Positions 55,608 to 64,000 of a stretch of DNA of 64,000 bases are shown piece by piece. The notes beneath the pieces were generated by a model. That model ran no database searches and was not told where the DNA came from. It was given only the letters and a program-made list of their open reading frames with translations. The position numbers and the translations under genes are program-made. Source of the stretch: Octopus vulgaris (taxonomy: Eukaryota). The first letter of the stretch is position 1. Each line of letters starts with the position of its first letter. The stretch spans positions 27,032,001 to 27,096,000 of the forward strand of contig OX597823.1 in assembly GCA_951406725.2 (NCBI GenBank). Reading direction: 5' to 3'.

Positions 55608-57217
55608 TCTCTATATATATAAAACTGAGAATGTGTCTGTCTCTCTGTCTGTCTCTGTGTGTTTGTGTTTCCCTAAAACTTGAGAACTACACAACCAATT
55701 TCATTCAAATTTTACACATGCCTTACTTAGGGTCCATGTAGTTTCTTGGGCAAAAAACATGTTCAACTTCTTGCCTAGGGCGAGCCCATAGCAATATCAT
55801 ATCTTCTCCACTATTTCAGTATTACGTGTTAAAAGTGAAACAAAAACATTTCTCTATTTTATGTCAGATACTTTCACTTTAACAATAAAAATTAGAGATA
55901 CTAATAAAAATTGAATTCTATGTGGTAAGTAATAATTAAAATCGAACTAAAGTATAATATAATCGTAACATAACACAAGTAAAAATAGTAATTGGTATAA
56001 AATTGCATCAATGACTTGAACTTGAATAAATGGTTTCACATGAATGGGAATAAATTAAAAATAAAATTAGCGTTCAGAAAAGGAATAGTCCAGATGGAGG
56101 TGTGCACATACCGTTTACTACGGCTTTTACATTAGATTATCGGCTAATTAGCTAGCATTAAGTATCCATATGGTTTGGCTGTATGTAATGTCTGTTTTCT
56201 CGAACAGCCGCTTCTACTGACTACTGCTGTTGGTTTATTTATTATACATAAAGGACTATAGCTTCAACTGCGTACTGCTTTTTGATTCACCGTAAGGTTT
56301 GTTGTTATTATTACTGTTTAAATATTGTTATCACGTTTGTTGGTTCCTCGTAAGGGAATCGTTGTTGTGTTACATTTGTTAAATAATTGTAAACTGTAAC
56401 CCTCCCCCTTTAGGAGGAGGAGCTTTGGTTATTGTTTAAAAATTGAATTGTGTCCTTGTTTGGGGAAATTGACAATATTTTCACCGTTTACACGGAAGCA
56501 TTTTTGTTAGAATGCCTTCGATGGAAGAAAGTCCAAAAATGAATTTCGCTGCAGCCGTCGGCGGGCGCGAACTCATTAAAATTAAAATGGAAGAAATACA
56601 AACCTATTTCGGATTGATCACCGACAATGACGGTGAATCTATGATAACACCACCAAACGAAATAAAAAATTAAATTAAAGAAAAGACTATTGTCAATAAA
56701 GTATACAATGGAGAGAAAAAAAAAGATTTGAACACTTGGAGGAAAGCACCATCGAAAAGTGTCTTGGTGCGACTATGAAAAATATCTAATCAGAGGCGGT
56801 AAATTCTCCACAATAGAAGCAAGGTTCGAGTGAACGGAGCGTGCAAGGGAGTACTTGACTCGAACCTTGCAAAGTGGAAATATTTTACTTTTACCTTTAT
56901 ATCTGGGACGTAGGACGTCCCGGATAAAAATTTAAAATGTCCGCCAGAAGTAGATGTAGGCTGGATTGTAGCCACACTTGTATACAAGAGGGAGGACAAG
57001 ATACAATTGATCGAAATTGCCAGAGACGGGCCTAGAATTCCAGTCTGTTATATATTTTGAGTATTGTTATCTCTAGCGATATCAAGATATAACTTTGTAT
57101 TTTGTATTTTATGTGTAGATGTATATATATAGATGTACATGTAATATGTACATATATATATACACATATATACATGCACTAGCACTATGACCCGGAAACG
57201 ACGGGTCATAATGCTAG
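55608..57217 (+). mobile_element. Non-autonomous Helitron (~1.6 kb)
   Basis: A|TCtctatatatataaaa start; strong hairpin tatgacccg-gaaacga-cgggtcata; CTAG|T end. Confidence 0.75.
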
Positions 57218-57462
57218 TAAATACACACACACACCTTTTATTTTTTACTGCTTTCGGTCATCAGACTTCGCCCTTTTTAGGGTACCGTCTTGGAGGGCTG
57301 ATTCAGTCACAGTACTTTTTAGCCTTAAGCCTTGTACTTCTATCCATTCTTTTGTCCCACCATTAACTTACAGGGACGTAAACAAAACGTTTGTGAAGCG
57401 ATACTTGGGGGACAAACACAGAAACAAAGATACACACACACATGCACATCCACACACACACA

Positions 57463-57496
<34 letters not shown>

Positions 57497-57767
57497 AGAG
57501 TTCAGTATACAAGTGGAATATGTACCTAAATAGTAAATGTCGAGTCGAAAAGTAACAATCGTGTACAAACCAAAATTAGAGGAACATATACGTACATAAT
57601 GAAATACAAAATCATGAAACTTCCAGTTATATATAGGGTCACAAGCACCCGACTGTATACACCACGATCTCAAGTTGTACCTAGAAACACACACTGCATC
57701 AATTAGTTTGCACTTAGTAGACTCCAGATCCACGCTAATTGTAGGTTCCGATTAAGGCGAATAATAT

Positions 57768-58086
57768 ATAACAACAGATAGAAATTGGTCGATATACTAC
57801 AGCTGTTTCAAACGAGTTTTTTTTTATTGATAATAGAGTTATTACATCATTTGAAAAAACCCGTTTTCATTAGGTGAATATAAACGAATTAAACATCTTA
57901 AATAACATTCCAAGAATGATTCGTTTACCCTAGTTAGTTGTTTATACAGGAAAGACATTTCTAAAAATGTTTAATTCGTGTATATTCACCTGAAGAAAAC
58001 GGTTTTGTTCGCTTGAACTCTGTTCATCAATAAAAAATCCCAGCTGAAACACTAGTAGCGAATGAACTAATTTCCACCTGTTATTA
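57768..58086. mobile_element. Foldback element of two outward-facing HHR arms, copy 2
   Basis: Plus arm ttcac CTGAAGA...GAAA cactag TA gcgaa (57985-58062); minus arm CTAATGA aaacg...cgttt GAAA cagctg TA (57792-57879). Confidence 0.75.
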
Positions 58087-59080
58087 CACACGCACATACA
58101 CATGCACACGCACATACACATGCACACACACACACACATATACATACATACATACATATATTTGTGTGTGTATATATATATATATACTTGTGCGAACACG
58201 CTATATTTAAGATAACATCTTTTACATTGCTTTGATATTATTGTGTCATATATTACTATAGTATATATGCTTAAGTATACATATCGCATGCATCTGGGAA
58301 AAATACTGGCAACATATGAAACATCCATGGAAAACGTGAAGTAGAGCTATAAGATTAAATGCGATCATGCTAAAAGAGCGGGCATTTATAAATATTCATT
58401 AGGCAATACAATATCATCATAAATATCATTAATCTATTGAAAGAAGTATATCCTTTATTTATATATAGCATGTAGTTATATAATGTTACAGTAATGGGCA
58501 TATACACACAATTACGCTCAACTGAATTTGTTTCGTTATAACTTTCACAAAAATGGAGATTTTTCAGCGACATTTTCTACAAATATGCTGCAGATGATGT
58601 AAATTTCGATTATATCTGCATGTGTTGTAATAAAAGATATTCAGTTGACGTGGCGGGAGGAGTTTCAGAAAATTCACACGAGGCAGATTTGTTTCCTCAT
58701 AACTTTCGGAAAGAAGGCATTTTTTAATGAAGATTTCAAGAGATTCTTTTCAGAGAGTGTATATGACAATAATATCAGAATTTAAAACGCAAATAAAAAT
58801 CGGTGGAATAGCACACGTACATATTGAGACTCACCACATTTTCTCCCGAAATATTTATAATCCCAACAAATTACAACGTAATCCGCATCTACAGCTTCTG
58901 AATTGTATTTGTAGAAAATTTCATTTTAAAATATCTGTGAAAGCTATGAGGAAAGAAATATGTTGGGACACATATATGTAGGTTCGCCTCTGCTAACCCA
59001 GGCCAGTTACTATACATCGTTACTCATGCTTTACGGAAAGTCCATAGTAAACATGTCGTTTTTTAATGTTGTAGGATATA

Positions 59081-59440
59081 TACAAGGTGCGGTGAATATA
59101 TTGTCGTCTGAATTACGCAAAAATAAAAATAAGAGTGACATCTCATATTAACAAATATATTTACCAAAATTACATAAAATATATCTTGAAATACTAACGA
59201 GTAAATTTATTCAATAAAATCGGCTTTGGTTTCAACCACGGCCTCCAGACGACTTCGGAGTCTCCTGCAACTCTTCTGGACGGTCTCCTTGTTTAAGTTG
59301 GCGAATGCTGCTATAATTCTTGCTTTCAGTTCCTCTTTGGTGTTACAAGGAGTTTTGTTGGTCTCGTTCCACTGCGCCCAACACATAATAATCAAAGGGG
59401 TTGCAGTGTAAGGAGTTAGGGTGTAATGACAAGCCATCAC
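59081..59440 (-). pseudogene. Tc1/mariner transposase C-terminal remnant with TIR-like end
   Basis: ETNKTPCNTKEELKARIIAAFANLNKETVQKSCRRLRSRLEAVVETKADFIE*; preceded by decayed SPD.NPLDY..W; TA|caaggtg end. Confidence 0.8.
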
Positions 59441-60400
59441 GTGGTTTCCGCGTACAGTAAGATAAAACTCAAAACGGCGTAAGTTGTAAAGCGACACTCT
59501 TCATCACGAGTGCAGAGTTCATATCTGCCCTTGATGAGATTAGGTTTCAAGCTTTGATCTGTTGCACTGGAATAATCCTTTGATTTTTGTCTGTAACTAT
59601 ATTTATTCATACGAGAGGAAACGTTAATAAAATGCATATTTAATGTTGATTACAAACTACACACAAAACTAGCAGCCTTTAATTAATTAATTGATTGATT
59701 AATTAATTAATTCTGTTTTTAACTTCTTGGCTAATTTGAAACGTAACGTAATGTATACCTTTTTTGATAAACAAACTATTTTAGTTTTACTGCGGAAAAT
59801 AAACAAAAGATAATTATGCTGTCATCAAAGAAGCTGATATCGTGTTTCTTATCAATTTAAACCTCCGTCAGAGAGAGAGAGAATGAGAGAGAGAGAGAGA
59901 GAGAGAGGGGAGAGGGAGAGAGAGATAAAAATAAATAGATAGATAGAAAGTGAGAGAGAGAGAGAGAGAGGGAGAGAACTTTTACACTTTTAATATAATC
60001 GAATATTTTTAATTGTTAATATGATTTTTGATGTTAATATATTTAGCAGTTAGAGGTTTTAGTCTGTTAAAACCACTAAGTATTTGTTAGAAATTATACT
60101 CAACAATGTCATTATTCCACCCTCATTTATGCATGACGTTTACAAACACAACGATCGATATACAATAGTTAATTTGTATAATTTAATATAAAAACAACGG
60201 AGAGACAAAATTTGTAGATGTACAGGACCGAAGAACTTAGTGTTTCTAATCCCACTCCTTTAACTCCTCCCAATCTCAATAAAATGAGCACAAGCAATAT
60301 GAGATGATGTCGAATAATCGGTTGCTTTGAGCTTGGTTGCAGATCAACATTAGTTTAAAACATTGTATCGTTTATTTGATAAATATTTTATATTATATGA

Positions 60401-60836
60401 AGGTGGCGAGAGCTGGCAGAAACGTTATCACGCCGGGCGAAATACTTAGCGGTATTCCGTCTGTCTTTACGTTTTGAGTCCAAATTCCGCCGAGGTCGAC
60501 TTTGCCTTTCATCCTTTCGAGGTCGATAAATTAAGTACCAGTTACGCACTGGGGTCGATGTAATCGACTTAATCCCTTTGTCTGCCCTCCTTTGTCCGCC
60601 CTATGTTTAGCCCCTTGTGGGCAATAAAGAAATAAGAAACGTTAGCACGCCGGACGAAATACTTAGCGATATTTCGTCTGTCTCCATGTTCTGAGTCCAA
60701 ATTCCGCCGAGGTCGACTTTGCCATTCATCCTTTCGAGTTCGATGAATTTTTACCAGTTGCATACTGGGATCGATCTAATCGATTGGCCTCGCCACTCGC
60801 CAAAAAGTTCGGGCCTTGTAACTAGAGTAGAAAAAA
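60401..60836 (+). mobile_element. SINE family A dimer
   Basis: Two consecutive family A bodies. Confidence 0.8.
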
Positions 60837-60864
60837 TTATTTATCACATGAGTTATTAATATAG

Positions 60865-61335
60865 CTAGGCCCACATTACATAGAGTGGACATAATCTTCG
60901 AAGGCAGGAACTATTTCAGCCCCCAAACAATTGCTGATAATCTACAAAGCTCAAGTGAGGCCTACAAAGAAGTATTTCTCCTATCTATGCGACGGCGTTG
61001 CTGCTACGTACAAAGACATTGTGAATGTCATCTAAAAAGTGGTACTCAGTGGTTTCGAACGCTACCGGACATGCTCCAATTTCTGGCGCTTAGGCGTGCT
61101 GCCTCTCCTCTCTTTTATGTTTTACTGTAAATGACCTCCATTCCTCAGAGCTGGCTAGTCTTGTACTTTCACCGCTCTATAATTTCATTGTCCACTCGTT
61201 CTTCCACTTTTTGTCACACTTAGTCCAGCCCTCTCAGCCCAATACCAAACATTATCCTATTCTTGCTCCTTTAGAACATCTACTCTCAGGAAAATTCTCC
61301 TCTCTCATGTGTTTTCTGCTGGTGTTATTCTGCAG
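60865..61335 (+). pseudogene. Decayed APE-type LINE (CR1/L2/Jockey group) ORF2 C-terminus
   Basis: RNYFSPKQLLIIYKAQVRP, LQFLALRR...LFY, SSELASLV; same family as the 31088-31640 fragment. Confidence 0.65.
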
Positions 61336-61336
61336 C

Positions 61337-61625
61337 TTAGTGGTTAAAGTAATCGGCACACGATCGTAAGGTCGTGATTTCAATTTCCGGCGACGCATTG
61401 TGTCCTTGAGCAAGACACTTTATTTCGCGTTGCTTCAGTCAACTCAGCTGGAAAAAGGAATAGTTCCTGTATTTCAAACGGCCCGTCTTGTCACGCTGAA
61501 CCTCCCTGAGAACTACGTTAAGGGTACGCATGACTGTGGAGTACTCAGCCACTTCCACGTTAATTTCACGAGCAAGCTGTCCCGTTGATCGGATCAACTG
61601 GAATACTCGTCGTCGTAACCGACGG
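61337..61625 (+). mobile_element. tRNA-derived SINE, third family
   Basis: tagtggttaaag A-box, ggtcgtgatttcaatt B-box-like, gtgtccttgagcaagacacttta core. Confidence 0.6.
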
Positions 61626-61996
61626 AGAGCCAGTAATCTGCAGCACTTTAAAAGGAACATCAACGGGGGCGTAAACAGTGACATAAGTTGTCAAGTAGCG
61701 ATGGGAGGACACGCAGGCACACACACGCACACACACGCACACACACGCACACACAAACATACACAGACACATAATTCACCTTACCCTAATTAAATATTCT
61801 AAATGACTTGAGATGCCTGTCCTGCCTTGACTTTTGTTGTCCATTTCCCTCTAATATGTATCGTTTTCTATGTTTTTGTTTTTATGTTTTCGGTTCTCAT
61901 TGTGTTCAAAGTTTTTTTATGTCTTGTACTCATATATACATATATATATATACATATATGTGTAGTTATGTACATATATGCGTGTATGTACGCATA

Positions 61997-62071
<75 letters not shown>

Positions 62072-62110
62072 TAAATATATGCGTACATACACGCATATAT
62101 GTACATAACT

Positions 62111-62149
<39 letters not shown>

Positions 62150-62153
62150 TATA

Positions 62154-62194
<41 letters not shown>

Positions 62195-62196
62195 CT

Positions 62197-62234
<38 letters not shown>

Positions 62235-62278
62235 TTATATATATATAATATGAAATAGAATATATACATATATAGAAT

Positions 62279-62343
<65 letters not shown>

Positions 62344-62344
<1 letters not shown>

Positions 62345-64000
62345 TAGCAGTATAGCTCGGCGGTGCCCGGGATTAAGTTAGGATTATTAAGCTAAAATAA
62401 CACCGACGTCAAATTTGAGCGAATTCTGTTGAAATTTGTACACATTTGGCTGAAAATAAGTTGCACACAATTTGATTGGGAAATTCATAAGGAATCGTTT
62501 TATCGATTTTCCCACTCATCAATTGTATTTTGCTGGGGGCGGGAGAATTTAAAGCATTAAAAGATCCCATGAGTTCTGAGTAACGCCAGCATCAAGTTTG
62601 AACAAAACTGGTAAAAGTTATGGTTGAAAATAGGGTGTAGCCAATTTTAGTGGGAAATTCTACAAGGAATCGGTTTTTTTGATTTTTCATCCTGATTGAA
62701 TGGAAAACCCTATAAAGAATCAGTTTATTGATTTTTCACCCCAAATAGGACTTAGCTGAACACAATATTGCTGATTCAAAACATCAATATTTATACTTTA
62801 AAGTTGGGTTTCATACCCAACACAGTTATGCAGAATCGTTGTCACAACTGGAACGCATGGGTTGGGAGTTTGACAAGCAGAGGTGCTCAGGTTGCACATG
62901 CCGGCCCTTTCGAACCCTACCCCTATCATCCCCTTGGACTATGGGTTGGGAGCCCTTCCGGCAAGGAAAATAGAATGCTCAAAAAGGCTCCCGATCCTCT
63001 GTGTCAGGAGAGGTTATGTTCGGATCATAACTAAGCCTTAACCTAAGCCTAAGCTAACCTAGCGAAAGGGGGCGCGGGAGCCTCTAAAAGGCAGCGACTA
63101 ATCCCGATCTATTCCTAACCCCTCTTAGGGTTACTATCAGTCAAGGTTGCATTTAAAATATGCATTAGAGAAGTTTGCATAGAAGATCTGTATTGGAGAA
63201 GGTTGCGTAGTCGGTTTGCATTGGATAAGGATGCATCGAAGGTTTGCATTGGAGATCTGCAGTGAAGAAGGTTGACTCAAAGATTTGGATTGGAATAGTT
63301 TGTATTAGAGATCTGCATTGGAGAAGGTTGATTCGAAGGTTTACATTGGTAATCCGGATTGGAATAACTAAGGAAAACTCACCAACAGCCTTAACCAAAA
63401 AATGAGGGCCCTGGCCCTTCTAGCCTCACTCTATGAGCAACTTGGCCAAGCACTGATATCGGCCGAGTGAGCATTGTTGTTGGAGAAGTCAGCATTGTCC
63501 ATTAAAGAAGAGGAAGAGTCAATGAGTCATGCTGCCATGGTTATAAGAATACGTCTGGCCAATGCTTCCGTATCACCTGTTTATAACCATATCGGCTGTA
63601 GTGATGACCTGTTCTTCTTTCTACGTCTATAAAACTTCGCTATAGAAAACATTGCGTGTTCTGACCAGTGGAGCATACACAATAAGAGCGTTTCTATTCT
63701 CCACACGGGAGCAGGCCACATAAGGTTGCCCTTGTGAAAAGCACGGCTCCCCCAAATGGATGACCGCCACCGATAGTGTTTGGCCTTGGGAATTGTTGAT
63801 GGACATGGCGATCTGCTGATGTTAAACGGCATGTCTGACCCCGTGGGATAAAGGTGCATCCTCGAAATGAAAACAGTTTCCCCCTCCCGTAACCCGTAAC
63901 AATGCTGGCCTCAATTACCAAGCAGGTCCCGTTGCACTGTTTAGGCGGATAAAACGTGTACTCTTTATCCCATTTGAGTTTTATTGAATGATTGTGTAAA
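62344..64000 (-). mobile_element. 3' part of an autonomous-derived Helitron
   Basis: CTAG|T end at 62344 with hairpin cccgggcaccgccgag; PIF1 helicase remnant upstream. Confidence 0.75.
63627..64000 (-). pseudogene. Helitron Rep/Hel PIF1-family helicase C-terminus, frameshifted
   Basis: PPKQCNGTCL, VIEASIVTG, PTGSDMPF, AMSINNSQGQTL, CFSQGQPYVACSRV, TRNVFYSEVL*. Confidence 0.85.

Overview
Repeat-saturated, AT-rich eukaryotic DNA with very long (AAT)n, (TA)n, (TATC)n and (CA)n microsatellites. The repeat families resemble those of Octopus/cephalopods (inference). No host gene is confidently identifiable, and most ORFs in the track are microsatellite translations. Recognisable content: R4/Dong-type RLE LINE fragments sitting in (AAT)n; two abundant SINE families; Helitrons, including a decayed PIF1 helicase; Tc1/mariner and hAT remnants; and many Penelope-like elements (PLEs). 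The PLEs include a Naiad-type RT-GIY-YIG ORF (8845-11017, minus) enclosed by a ~2.2 kb inverted repeat, three decayed Naiads and two Neptune-like fragments. The main hidden signal is about two dozen intact, variant or decayed type I hammerhead ribozyme (HHR) motifs, all found by eye. The most notable is a ~265-bp tandem array (17495-19820) whose 7 units each carry an HHR with a non-canonical compensatory U3-A8 core (UUGACAA) and covarying stem III, a candidate retrozyme/circRNA-producing locus. There are also several foldback elements built from inverted HHR-bearing pLTRs.
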